NCBI GenBank assembly: GCA_036785375.1
Contig: JAWMAR010000029.1
Span: 11,222,001-11,286,000, forward strand
Length of the DNA stretch: 64,000 nt
Origin: Leucoraja ocellata
Lineage: Eukaryota
Reading direction: 5' to 3'
Shown here: one piece after another, positions 42,101 through 57,100 of the stretch
How the letters are laid out: every line of letters begins with the position of its first letter
Numbering within the stretch: position 1 is the stretch's first letter
Notes under the pieces: generated by a model
The model's database searches: none
Seen by the model: only the letters and a program-made list of their open reading frames with translations
Told to the model about the DNA's origin: nothing
Position numbers and translations under genes: made by a program

Positions 42101-45100
42101 TAACATTGCCCTGTTTATCATGGGGGCGATATACTCACCAGGAGGTTCGGTAACACCACCTAAAAGGAGAAACAAAACAATTCAGTTAATTATCATTTGA
42201 AACATGTTGAGATTTAATGATTATCAGCAGATATCTGCCCCATCTGTGCAAAAGTCTGCAGACCACACGTTAGCCTCATCAACCACAACAGAACTAGTAG
42301 AACCAGAGAAGAGACATGCCACCCTCCAACTAAAGGAACTGTCAAAGAAGGAGGAGTGTTTAAGATGGGGATGAATTTACTATTGGAAAGTCAGCAAACA
42401 GAGGGACAGGAAGAGGGTGGCTAAGCAAAAGGTGAGTAGTTGTTACAGTCTGTGTAATAATCAGCTCCATTCATAATTCAGTAGCTAAGAAATAGGTGAT
42501 GGTTGATGTTGAGACCCTTCCTCAAACTGAGAGACCGGTGAGAGAGAAATTAGAGGTTTGAAAATGTACAGAACAAATCAGAGCCTGCACTAATGGTCAA
42601 AGAGCCCACATGGTTCATTGTTGACTTTGGAGGAGGTAATAACGAGGGGATTCAAACAGTAAAACTAGTAGGATGATTGCAGCAGGTGAGGGATGGAGAG
42701 AGAGGGAATGCAAGGGTTACTCCTTTGTTCAAGAGAGGGGCAAAGATGATCACAAAAATGACAGGCCTTTACGATGAATTAACACCACACATGAAATGGG
42801 TACTGTAGTTGCCTTCTAACACATAAATCTGAATATCAGAAGAGAAAGTAAGAATTAGGAACAGGAGTCAGACATATGGCCATTTGAACTAGCAATCTTC
42901 TATTTCAGGTTCATTTTCCAGCGCAATCTACATATCCTTTAACGTCCAGAAAACTACCAATCACTCCTGAATGTCCTCGAATGCTCTCTGGAATGAAGAA
43001 TGACAAAAATACACCACCTTCTGAGTGAAACAACTTATCGTATTTTAATCCCAAAATATCTTCCTCTCATGCTGAGACAGTGGTGCATGCACCTGGAGTC
43101 CAAAGGGACAGAGATGACTTTCCATTCTACAATCATTAGAGAAAAAGTTTCTAGTCTGAAGATGGGTCCCGACTCGAAACATCACCTATACATGATCCCA
43201 GAGATGATGCCTGACATGATCAGTTACTCCAGCACTTTATTTCTTATTTTGAAATCCAGTATCTGCTGTACTTTGTATTCCTAGTCCTTGCAATTTCTTG
43301 CAGATAATCTGTTGTGGCAGTTTTTTAACTTGTTTATTATGTAGCGGACATTTAAACATACTGGATGAAGTTCATAAGAACTTTCATATTACTGTTAACA
43401 TTGCCCTCTTTATCATGGGAGTGATATACTCACCAGGAGGTTCGGTAACACCACCTAAAAGGAGAAACAAAACAATTCAGTTAGTTATCATTTGAAACAT
43501 GTTCAGATTTAATGATTGTCAGCAGATATCTGCCCCATCTATGCTAGAGTCTGCACACCACACGTTAGCCTCATCAACCACATCAGAACTCAAAGAACCA
43601 GAGAAGAAACATGCCACACTCCATCCAAAGGGACTGTCAAAGAAAGAGGAGTGTTTAAGATGGGGATGAATTTACTATTGTAAAGTCTGGAAATCAGCAA
43701 ACAGGGGGACAGGAAGAGGGTGGCTAAGCAAAGTGTGAGTTGTTATTACAGTCTGTGTTATAATCAGCTCCACTCATAATTCAGTAGCTAATATTCACAA
43801 ATATGTTTTTACAATTGCCTCATACTTACAAAAGGAATCAGGGCAGGTGAATCGTATTCTGTAATCTTGACATGCGCGATCACGTTGGTTGCTGTTCACA
43901 CAAAAGAATCCAGTAGAAACGTTGCAACTGTTGAGTAGAATGTAGGGACATATGATAAAGTTGTTGATAAAACTACTGATGCACTTTGAATGAAATAATA
44001 AAAGTGCTATAATATGGCTGGCTCTATTTTGTACCTGGCAATGTTCTCTCCAGTCTGTGAGGCCGGAATCCCTGATGTTGTCTCCACCTCACAGGCGATC
44101 GGATCCATGCAGATCTGACCGGGATTCTCAGTTCGCAGATTGGGGAAGATTTCATAATCTCCCTTTCCTGATGGGTTATCACGGTCAAACCACGCAGTTT
44201 TGCAATTCCCCACTGAAGAAGAGCAGAAAGAGAAAGTAGATTCAAAGTGAACATTGGGTCTGATGGATTGACACAACATGTTGCAGCAAATTAGCTCGGC
44301 AGGTCGCATCTCTAGAGGAAAGAAATAGGTGACGGTTCATGTCGAGACCCTTCCTCAAACTGAGAGACTGGTGAGAGAGAAATTAGAGGTTTGAAAATGT
44401 ACAGAACAAATCAGAGCCTGCACTAATGGCCAAAGAGCCCACATGGTTCATTGTTGACTTTGGAGGAGCTAATAACGAGGGGATGCAAACAGTAAAACTA
44501 GTAGGATGATTGCAGCAGGTGAGGGATGGAGAGAGAGGGAATGCAAGGGTTACTCCTTTGTTCAAGAGAGGGGCAAAGATGATCACAAAAATGACCGGCC
44601 TTTACGATGAATTAACACCACACATGAAATGGGTACTGTAGTTGCCTTCTAACACATAAATCTGAATATCAGAAAAGAAAGTAAGAATTAGGAACAGGAA
44701 TCAGACATTATGGCCATTTGAACTAGCAATCTTCTATTTCAGGTCCATTTTCCAGCACAATCTACATATCCTTTAACGTCCAGAAAATTACCAATCACTT
44801 CTGAATGTCCTCGAATGCTCTCTGGAATGAAGAATGACAAAAATACACCACCTTTTGAATGAAACAACTTATCGTATTTCAATCCCAAAATATCTTCCTC
44901 TCATGCTGAGACAGTGGTGCATGCACCTGCAGTCCAAAGGGACAGAGATGACTTTCCATTCTACAATCATTAGAGAAAAAGTTTCTAGTCTGAAGATGGG
45001 TCCCGACTCGAAACATCACCTATTCATGATCCCAGAGATGATGCCTGACATGATCAGTTACTCCAGCACTTTATTTCTTATTTTGTAATCCAGTATCTGC

Positions 45101-48100
45101 TGTATTTTGTATTCCTAGTCCTTGCAATTTCTTCTCATGTGGCTAAATCACAATTTCTGTTACCTATCCCGTGAATCTGTTTTACATTCCCTCCATGGCA
45201 TGGACACATTTTGTTTCTCTAACAAAATGATAACTACAAGCAACTCTCGAGGTTCAGTTGCACTGAAGCACAGATAATCTGTTGTGGCAGTTTTTTAACT
45301 TGTTTATTATGTAGCGGACATTAAAACATACTGGATGAAGTTCATAAGAGCTTTCATATTACTGTAAACATTGCCCGCTTTATAATGGGATCGATATACT
45401 CACCAGGAGGTCCGGTTACACCACCTAAAAGGAGAAATAAACAATTCAGTTAATTATCGTTTGAAACATCTTCAGATTTAAAGATTGTCAGCAAATATCT
45501 GCCCCATCTGTGCAAGAGTCTGCACACCACACATTGGCCTCATCAACCACATCAGAACTCATAGACCCAGAGAAGAGGCATGCCACCCTCCATCCAAAGG
45601 GACTGTCAAAGAAGGAGGGCTGTTTAAGATGGGGATGAAATTACTATTGGAAAGTATGGAAATCAGCAGAGGGACATGAAGAGGGTGGCTAAGCAAAAGG
45701 TGAGTAGTTATTACAGTCAGTGTAATACTCAGCTCCACTCATAATTCAGTAGCTAATATTCACAAATGATATTTCTCAATCGCCTAATACTCACAATAGA
45801 AATCAGGGCAGGTGAATCGTATTCTGTAATCTTGACATGAGCCATCACGTTGGTTGCTGTTCACACAAAAGAATCCAGTAGAAACGTTGCAACTGTTGAG
45901 TAGAATGTAGGGAGGTGTGATAAAGTAGTTGATAAAACTACTGATGCTCTTTGAATGAAATAATAAAAGTGCTATAATATGGCTGGCTATATTTTGTACC
46001 TGGCAATGTTCTCTCCAGTCTGTGAGGCCGGAATCCCTGACGTTGTCTCCACCTCACAGGCGATCGGATCCGTGCAGATCTGACCGGGATTCTCAGTTCG
46101 CAGATCGGCGATCGTTTCATAATCTCCATTTCCTGATGGGTTATCACGGTCAAACCACGCAGTTTTGCAATTCCCCACTGAAGAGCAGAAAGAGAAAGTA
46201 GATTGAAAGTAAACATTGGGTCTGACAGATTGACACAAAATTATGGAGCAGATTAGCTCCAGGTAGCATCTCCAGAGATAAGGAATATGTTACCTTTCAT
46301 GTCGAGACAGAGAAACCTGATCGATTTGCTAACCGTTGGACACAACTTACATGAACAATATTTCTCCTCAGAACGCATCATATACTCAAGTACATGAGAC
46401 CTAGTTCCAGCTCCCTCCACCTTGTTCACTGTTCTGCCCATCACTTCATTTATTTCTTCTTGCCCCATATTTGCTGATGTTGGTGACTGTTTCCTCTCAC
46501 TGCTGCAATTGGTCCTCACTCCTTCACGTCAATCGCCATCCCTCTCTCCTCAATAAAATCCCAACTTTATAAATTACCAGCCTGGTACCATGTCCCAGAA
46601 TTCCTACAAAATCCATGTCTAGTTTTCCTGGTCCTCCTCGTGACAATCCCACCTTCTGCAATCCTGAATCATGCCTGGCAGAATACTCAAATTACTCTTA
46701 CGTCAGTCACTTTCCTCAAGTGAACAAGTGATGTCAGAGGACCGGAGAAACGCAGAAGTTACTCCTTTGTTCAAGAGAGGGGAAAAGATGATCATAGAAA
46801 TGACAGGCCTTAACGATGAATTAACACCACACAAAGTTTTTATGATTACTCTAGTTACCTTCTAACAAATAAAACAGGATATCAGAAAAGGAAGTTAGAA
46901 TTAGGAGCAGGAGTCAGAGACGACTTCCCATTCTACAATCCCTGGAGAAACATGTTCTAGTCTGAAGAATGGTCCTGACTCGAAATATCACCTATTCATG
47001 ATCCCAGAGATGATGCCTGACATGATCAGTTACTCCAGCACTTTATTTCTCATTTTGTAATCCAGTATCTACTGTACTTTGTATTACTAATACTTGCAAT
47101 TTCTTCTCATGTGGCTAAATCACAATTTCTGTTACCTATCCCGTCAATCTGTTTTGCATTCCCTCCATGGCATGGACACAATTTGTTTCCTTAACAAGAT
47201 GATAACTACAAGCAACTCTTGAGGTTCAGTCGCATTGAAGCGCCTATAATCTGTTGTGGCAGTTTTTTAACTTGTTTATTATGTAGCGGACATTTAAACA
47301 CCCTGGATGAAGTTCATAAGAGCTTTCATATTACTGTTAACATTACCCTCTTTATCATGGGAGCGATATACTCACCAGGAGGTTCGGTAACACCACCTAA
47401 AAGGAGAAACAAAACAATTCAGTTAATTATCATTTGAAACATGTTGAGATTTAATGATTATCAGCAGATATCTGCCCCATCTGTGCAAAAGTCTGCAGAC
47501 CACACGTTAGCCTCATCAACCACAACAGAACTAGTAGAACCAGAGGAGAGACATGCCACCCTCCATCTAAAGGAACTGTCAAAGAAGGAGGAGTGTTTAA
47601 GATGGGGATGAAATTACTATTGGAAAGTCAGCAAACAGAGGGACAGGAAGAGGGTGGCTAAGCAAAAGGTGAGTAGTTATTACAGTCTGTGTAATAATCA
47701 GCTCCATTCATAATTCAGTAGCTAAGAAATAGGTGACGGTTGATGTTGAGACCCTTCCTCAAACTGAGAGACCGGTGAGAGAGAAATTAGAGGTTTGAAA
47801 ATGTACAGAACAAATCAGAGCCTGCACTAATGGTCAAAGAGCCCACATGGTTCATTGTTGACTTTGGAGGAGGTAATAACGAGGGGATACAAACAGTAAA
47901 AGTAGTAGGATGATTGCAGCAGGTGAGGGATGGAGAGAGAGGGAATGCAAGGGTTACTCCTTTGTTCAAGAGAGGGGCAAAGATAATCACAAAAATGACA
48001 GGCCTTTACGATGAATTAACACCACACATGAAGTTGGGTACTGTAGTTGCCTTCTAACACATCAATCAGAATATCAGAAAAGAAAGTAAGAATTAGGAGC

Positions 48101-51100
48101 AGGAGTCAGACATGTGGCCATTTGAACTAGCAATCTTCTATTTCAGGTCCATTTTCCAGCACTATCAACATATCCTTTAACGTCCAGAAAACTAACAATC
48201 ACTTCTGAATGCTCGAATGCTCTCTGGAATCAAGAATATCAAAAATACACCACCTTCTGAGTGAAACAACTAATCGTATTTCAATCCCAAAATATCTTCC
48301 TCTCATGTTGAGACAGTGGTGCATGCACCTGGAGTCCAAAGGGACAGAGATGACTTTCCATTCTACAATCCCTGGAGAAACATGTTCTAGTCTGAAGAAT
48401 GGTTCCGACTCGAAATATCACCTATTCATGATCCCAGAGATGATGCCTGACATGATCAGTTACTCCAGCACTTTATTTCTCATTTTGTAATCCAGTATCT
48501 ACTGTACTTTGTATTACTAATACTTGCAATTTCTTCTCATGTGGCTAAATCACAATTTCTGTTACCTATCCCGTCAATCTGTTTTGCATTCCCTCCATGG
48601 CATGGACATATTTTGTTTCCTTAACAAGATGATAACTACAAGCAACTCTTGAGGTTCAGTCGCACTGAAGCGCCTATAATCTGTTGTGGCAGTTTTTTAA
48701 CTTGTTTATCATGCCTGGCAGAATACTCAAATTACTCTTACGTGAGTCACTTTCCTCAAGTGAACAAGTGATGTCAGAGGACCGGAGAAACGCAGAGGTT
48801 ACTCCTTTGTTCAAGAGAGGGGAAAAGATGATCACAGAAATGACAGGCCTTTACGATGAATTAACACCACACATGAAGTTTTTATGAGTAGTTACCTTCT
48901 AACAAATAAATTAGAATATCAGAAAAGAAAGTTAGAATTAGGATCAGGAGTCAGAGATATGACCATTTGAACTACTAATCGTCCAGTTCAGGTCCTTTTT
49001 CCAGCACTATCAACTTTAACAACCAGAAAACTAACAATCACTTCTGAATGTCTTCGAATGTGCTCTGCAATGAAGAATGACAAAAATACACCATCTTCTG
49101 AGTGAAACAACTTATCGTATTTTAATCCCAAAATATCTTCCTCTCACGTTGAGACAGTACTGCATGTACCTGGAGTTCAAAGGGACGGAGATGACTTTCC
49201 ATTCTACAATCCCTAGAGAAAATGGTTCTAGTCTGAAGATGGGTCCCGAATCCAAACAGGACCTATTCATGATCCCGGAGATGATGCCTGATACGTTCTG
49301 TTATTCCAGCACTTTATTTCTTATTTTGTAATCCAATATCTGCTGTAGTTTGTATTCCAAATCTTTGCAATTCTTTCCCATGTGGCTAAACCACAATTTC
49401 TGCCAACTTCCCATGAATCTGTTTTACATTCCCTCCATGACATGGACACATTTTGTTTCCTTAATAAGCTGATAATCACAAGCAACTCTTGAGGTTCAGT
49501 CACACTGAAGCGCCTATAATCTGTTATGCCAGTGTTTTAACTCAGTTATTATGTGGCGGACATTAAAAAATACTGGATGAAGCTCGTAAGAGCTTTCATA
49601 TTGCTGTTAACATTGCCCTCTTTATCATGAGAGTGATGTACTCACCAGGAGGTTCAGTTACACCACCTAAAAGGAGAAACAAACAATTCAGTTAATCATC
49701 ATTTGAAACATGTTCAGACTTAATGATTGTCAGCAGATATCTGCCCCTTCTGTGCAAGATTCTGCACACCACACGTTAGCCTCATCAACAACAACAGAAC
49801 GCAATGAACCAGAGAAGAGACATGCCACCCTCCATCCAAAAGGACTGCCAAAGAAGGGGGGGGGTGTTTAAGATGGGGATGAATTTACTAGTTGCCTTCT
49901 AACACATCAATCAGAATATCAGAAAAGAAAGTAAGGATTAGGAGCAGGAGTCAGACATATGGCCATTTGAACTAGCAATCTTCTATTTCATGTCCATATT
50001 CCAGCACTATCAACATATCCTTTAACGTCCAGAAAACTAACAATCACTTCTGAACGTCCTCGAATGCTCTCTGGATTCAAGAATGTCAAAAATACACCAC
50101 CTTCTGAGTGAAACAACTAATCATATTTCAATCCCAAAATATCTTCCTCTCATGCCGAGACAGTGGTGCATGCACCTGGAGTCCAAAGGGACAGAGATGA
50201 CTTTCCATTCTACAATCCCTGGAGAAACATGTTCTAGTCTGAAGAATGGTTCCGACTCGAAATATCACCTATTCATGATCCCAGAGATGATGCCTGACAT
50301 GATCAGTTACTCCAGCACTTTATTTCTTATTTTGTAATCCAGTATCTACTGTACTTTGTATTACTAATACTTGCAATTTCTTCTCATGTGGCTAAATCAC
50401 AATTTCTGTTACCTATCCCGTCAATCTGTTTTGCATTCCCTCCATGGCATGGACATATTTTGTTTCCTTAACAAGATGATAACTACAAGCAACTCTTGAG
50501 GTTCAGTCGCATTGAAGCGCCTATAATCTGTTGTGGCAGTTTTTTAACTTGTTTATTATACAGCGGACATTTAAACACACTGTATGAAGTTCATAAGAGC
50601 TTTCATATTACTGTTAACATTGCCCTCTTTATCATGGGAGCAATATACTCACTAGGAGGTTCGGTAACACCACCTACAAGGAGAAACAAAACAATTCAGT
50701 TAATTATCATTTGAAACATGTTGAGATTTAATGATTATCAGCAGATATCTGCCCCATCTGTGTAAAAGTCTGCAGACCACACGCTAGCCTCATCAGCCAC
50801 AACAGAACTAGTAGAACCAGAGAAGAGACATGCCACCCTCCATCTAAAGGAACTGTCAAAGAAGGAGGAGTGTTTAAGATGGGGATGAATTTACTATTGG
50901 AAAGTCAGCAAACAGACGGACAGGAAGAGGGTGGCTAAGCAAAAGGTGAGTAGTTATTACAGTCTGTGTAATACTCAGCTCCATTCATAATTCAGTAGCT
51001 AATATTCACAAATGATATTTTACAATCGCCTAATACTCACAAAAGGAATCGGGGCAGGTGAATCGTATTCTGTAATCTTGACATGAGCCATCACGTTGCT

Positions 51101-54100
51101 TGCTGTTCATACAAAAGAATCCAGTAGAAACGTTGCAACTGTTGAGTAGAATGTAGGGAGATGTGATAAAGAAGTTGATAAAACTAATGATGCTCTTTGA
51201 ATGAAATAATAAAAGTGCAATATTATGGCCGGCTCTATTTAGTACCTGGCAATGTTCTCTCCAGTCTGTGAGGCCGGAATCCCTGACGTTGTCTCTACCT
51301 CACAGGCGATTGGTTCCGTGCAGATCTGACCGGGATTCTCATTTCGCAGATGGGGGAACGTTTCATAATCTCCAAATCCTGATGGGTTATCACGGTCAAA
51401 CCATGGAGTTGTGCAATTCCCTACTGAAGAGCAGAAAGAGAAAGTAGATTGAAGGTGAACATTGGGTCTGACAGATTGACACAAATGTTGCAGCAAATTA
51501 GCTCCAGGTAGCATCTCTAGAGGTAAGGAATAGGGGACCTTTCATGTTGAGATCCGTCTTCAGACAGAGAGTCAGGGGACTGAGAAATGTTATAGTATGG
51601 AAAGGTTCAGAACAATTCAGAACCTGCACTAATGGTCAAAGAGCCCACATGGTTCATTGTTGGCTTTGGAGGAGGTGATAAGGAAGGGATACAAAAAGCA
51701 AAACTTGGAGGATGTATGGGGCAAGTGAGGGATGGAGAGAGAGAGAATGCAAGGGTTACTTGAATTTAAAATAATCAATATTCATAATGCTGGGTTGTAA
51801 GCTAGGCAAGCAAAATATGAGGTTCTTTTCAATTTACATGTGGCCGAACTCTGACATTGGAGGTGACCCAGGACAGAACGAGTCTGTCTCCACTGTCAGA
51901 GTGCTTTTCTGTCCTGCACCACCTCTACTGTCAGAGTAAGGCCTTATGCAAATTGGAGTAACAGCACTTCATATTTTGTTTGGGTAGCTTACAACCCAAT
52001 ATTTGCACATTAATTTCTCTAATTTCATGTAATCTTTGCCTTCCAACTCTCTCCATCTCTTCTCCACCTTAGTCGTCCGATAAGGTTTATTATTGTGAGC
52101 TCTTTGGCCATCAGTGCCAGCTCTGCTTTGTTCTGTACGTTTTCATACCGCTAGATTCCCTCTCCCCTGACTCTCAGACTGAAGACTGGTCTCCTCATTA
52201 CAATCTATTCCTTTTCTCCAGAGATGCTGACTGACCCGCTGAGTAGCTCTAGCATTTTGAGACTATCATCGGAGTAATCAAGCATCTGCTGGTGCTTTGT
52301 ACACATTTGGTCTTATAGACCTGATAGATTTGCTAAACTTGTCAGGCACAACTTACATGAACAATATTTCTCATCAGAACGCATCACATACTCAAGTACA
52401 TGAGACCTGGTTCCAGCTCCCTCCACCTTGTTCACTGTTCTGCCCATCACTTCACTTTTGTCTTCTTGCCCCATATTTGCTGATGTTGGTGACTGTTTCC
52501 TCTCACTGCTGCCATTGGTCCTCACTCCTTCACATCAATCGCCATCCCTCTCTCCTCAATAAAATCCCAACTTTATAAATTACCAGCCTGTTACCATGTC
52601 CCAGAATTCCTACAAAATCCATGTCTAATTTTCCTGGTCCTCCTCGTGACAATCCCACATTCTGCAATCCTGAATCATGCCTGGCAGAATACTCAAATTA
52701 CTCTTACGTGAGTCACTTTCCTCAAGTGAACAAGTGATGTCAGAGGACCGGAGAAACGCAGAAGTTACTCCTTTGTTCAAGAGAGGGGAAAAGATGATCA
52801 CAGAAATGACAGGCCTTTACGATGAATTAACACCACACATGAAGTTTTTATGAGTACTCTAGTTACCTTCTAACAAATAAATCAGAATATCAGAAAAGAA
52901 AGTAAGAATTAGGAGCAGGAGTCAGAGATATGACCATTTGAACTAGTAATCGTCCACTTCAGGTCCTTTTTCCAGCACTATCAACTTTAACAACCAGAAA
53001 ACTAACAATCACTTCTGAATGTCTTCGAATGCGCTGTGCAATGAAGAATGACAAAAATACACCACCTTCTGAGTGAAACAACTTATCGTATTTTAATCCC
53101 AAAATATCTTCCTCTCATGTTGAGACAGTACTGCATGTACCTGGAGTCCAAAGGGACAGAGATGACTTTCCATTCTACAATCCCTAGAAAAAATGGTTCT
53201 AGTCTGAAGATGGACCCCGAATCGAAACAGGACATATTCATGATCCCGGAGATGATGCCTGATACGTTCTGTTATTCCAGCACTTTATTTCTTATTTTGT
53301 AATCCAATATCTGCTGTAGTTTGTATTCCAAATCTTTGCAATTCTTTCCCATGTGGCTAAATCACAATTTCTGCCACCTTTCCCATGAATCTGTTTCGCA
53401 TTCCCTCCATGACATGGACACATTTTGTTTCCTTAATAAGCTGATAACTACAAGCAACTCTTGAGGTTCAGTCACACTGAAGCGCCTATAATCTGTTATG
53501 CCAGTGTTTTAACTCAGTTATTATGTAGCGGACATTAAAAAATACTGGATGAAGCTCGTAAGAGCTTTCATATTGCTGTTAACATTGCCCTCTTTATCAT
53601 GGGAGCGATATACTCACCAGGAGGTTCGGTTACACCACCTAAAAGGAGAAAGAAACAATTCAGTTAATTATCATTTGAAACATGTTCAGACATAATGATT
53701 GTCAGCAGATATCTGCCCCATCTATGCTAGAGTCTGCACACCACACGTTAGCCTCATCAACCACATCAGAACTCAAAGAACCAGAGAAGAAACATACCAC
53801 ACTCCATCCAAAGGGACTGTCAAAGAAAGAGGAGTGTTTAAGATGGGGATGAATTTACTATTGGAAAGTCTGGAAATCAGCAAACAGGGGGACAGGAAGA
53901 GGGTGGCTAAGCAAAGTGTGAGTTGTTATTACAGTCTGTGTTATAATCAGCTCCACTCATAATTCAGTAGCTAATATTCACAAATATGTTTTTACAATTG
54001 CCTCATACTTACAAAAGGAATCAGGGCAGGTGAATCGTATTCTGTAATCTTGACATGCGCGATCACGTTGGTTGCTGTTCACACAAAAGAATCCAGTAGA

Positions 54101-57100
54101 AACGTTGCAACTGTTGAGTAGAATGTAGGGACATATGATAAAGTTGTTGATAAAACCTCTGATGCACTTTAAATGAAATAATAAAAGTGCTATAATATGG
54201 CTGGCTCTATTTTGTACCTGGCAATGTTCTCTCCAGTCTGTGAGGCCGGAATCCCTGATGTTGTCTCCACCTCACAGGCGGTCGGATCCATGCAGATCTG
54301 ACCGGGATTCTCAGTTCGCAGATTGGGGAAGATTTCATAATCTCCATTTCCTGATGGGTTATCACGGTCAAACCACGCAGTTTTGCATTTCCCCACTGAA
54401 GAAGAGCAGAAAGAGAAAGTAGATTCAAAGTGAACATTGGGTCTGATGGATTGACACAACTTGTTGCAGCAAATTAGCTCGGCAGGTCGCATCTCTAGAG
54501 GAAAGAAATAGGTGACGGTTCATGTCGAGACCCTTCCTCAAACTGAGAGACCGGTGAGAGAGAAATTAGAGGTTTGAAAATGTACAGAACAAATCAGAGC
54601 CTGCACTAATGGCCAAAGAGCCCACATGGTTCATTGGTGACTTTTTCAGGAGGTAATAACGAGGGGATACAAACAGTAAAACTAGTAGGATGATTGCAGC
54701 AGGTGAGGGATGGAGAGAGAGGGAATGCAAGGGTTACTCCTTTGTTCAAGAGAGGGGCAAAGATAATCACAAAAATGACAGGCCTTTACGATGAATTAAC
54801 ACCACACATGAAATGGGTACTGTGGTTGCCTTCTAACACATAAATCAGAATATCAGAAAAGAAAGTAAGAATTAGGAGCAGGAGTCAGACATGTGGCCAT
54901 TTGAACTAGCAATCTTCTATTTCAGGTCCATTTTCCAGCACTATCGACATATCCTTTAACGTCCAGAAAACTAACAATCACTTCTGAATGTCCTCGAATG
55001 CTCTCTGGAATCAAGAATATCAAAAATACACCACCTTCTGAGTGAAACAACTAATCGTATTTCAATCCCAAAATATCTTCCTCTCATGTTGAGACAGTGG
55101 TGCATGCACCTGGAGTCCAAAGGGACAGAGATGACTTTCCATTCTACAATCCCTGGAGAAACATATTCTAGTCTGAAGAAGGGTCCCAACTCGAAATATC
55201 ACCTATTCATGATCACAGAGATGATGCCCGACATGATCAGTTACTCCAACACTTTATTTCTCATTTTGTAATCCAGTATCTACTGTATTTTGTATTACTA
55301 ATACTTGCAATTTCTTCTCATGTGGCTAAATCACAATTTCTGTTACCTATCCCGTCAATCTGTTTTGCATTCCCTCCATGGCATGGACACATTTTGTTTC
55401 CTTAACAAGATGATAACTACAAGCAACTCTTGAGGCTCAGTCGCATTGAAGAGCCTATAATCTGTTGTGGCAGTTTTTTAACTTGTTTATTATGTAGCGG
55501 ACATTTAAACACCCTGGATGAAGTTCATAAGAGCTTTCATATTACTGTTAACATTGCCCTCTTTATCATGGGAGCGATATACTCACCAGGAGGTTCGGTA
55601 ACACCACCTAAAAGGAGAAACAAAACAATTCAGTTAATTATCATTTGAAACGTGTTGAGATTTAATGATTATCAGCAGATATCTGCCCCATCTGTGCAAA
55701 AGTCTGCAGACCACACGTTGGCCTCATCAACCACAACAGAACTAGTGGAACCAGAGAAGAGACATGCCACCCTCCATCTAAATGAACTGTCAAAGAAGGA
55801 GGAGTGTTTAAGATGGGGATGAATTTACTATTGGAAAGTCAGCAAACAGAGGGACAGGAAGAGGGTGGCTAAGCAAAAGGAGAGTAGTTATTACAGTCTG
55901 TGTAATAATCAGCTCCATTCATAATTCAGTAGCTAAGAAATAGGTGACGGTTGATGTTGAGACCCTTCCTCAAACTGAGAGACCGGTGAGAGAGAAATTA
56001 GAGGTTTGAAAATGTACAGAACAAATCAGAGCCTGCACTAATGGTCAAAGAGCCCACATGGTTCATTGTTGACTTTGGAGGAGGTAATAACGAGGGGATA
56101 CAAACAGTAAAACTAGTAGGATGATTGCAGCAGGTGAGGGATGGAGAGAGAGGGAATTCAAGGGTTACTCCTTTGTTCAAGAGAGGGGCAAAGATGATCA
56201 CAAAAATGACAGGCCTTTACGATGAATTAACACCACACATGAAATGGGTAGTGTAGTTGCCTTCTAACACATAAATCTGAATATTAGATAAGAAAGTAAG
56301 AATTAGGAGCAGGAGTCAGACATATGGGCATTTGAACTAGCAATCTTCTATTTCAGGTTCATTTTCCAGCACAATCTACATATCCTTTAACGTCCAGAAA
56401 ACTACCAATCACTTCTGAATGTCCTCGAATGCTCTCTGGAATGAAGAATGACAAAAATACACCACCTTCTGAATGAAACAACTTATCGTATTTTAATCCC
56501 AAAATATCTTCCTCACATGCTGAGACAGTGGTGCATGTACCTGGAGTCCAAAGGGACAGAGATGACTTTCCATTCTACAATCATTAGAGAAAAAGTCTGA
56601 AGATGGGTCCCGACTCGAAACATCACCTATTCATGATCCCAGAGATGATGCCTGACATGATCAGTTACTCCAGCACTTTATTTCTTATTTTGAAATCCAG
56701 TATCTGCTGTACTTTGTATTCCTAGTGCTTGCAATTTCTTGCAGGTAATCTGTTGTGGCAGTTTTTTAACTTGTTTATTATGTAGTGGACATTAAAACAT
56801 ACTGGATGAAACTCATATGAGCTTTCATATTACTGTAAACATTGCCCGCTTTATAATGGGATCGATATACTCACCAGGAGGTCCGGTTACACCACCTAAA
56901 AGGAGAAACAAACAATTCAGTTAATTATCGTTTGAAACATGTTCAGATTTAGATTGTCAGCAGATATCTGCCCCATCTATGCTAGAGTCTGCACACCACA
57001 CGTTAGCCTCATCAACCACATCAGAACTCAAAGAACCAGAGAAGAAACATGCCACACTCCATCCGAAGGGACTGTCAAAGAAAGAGGAGTGTTTAAGATG

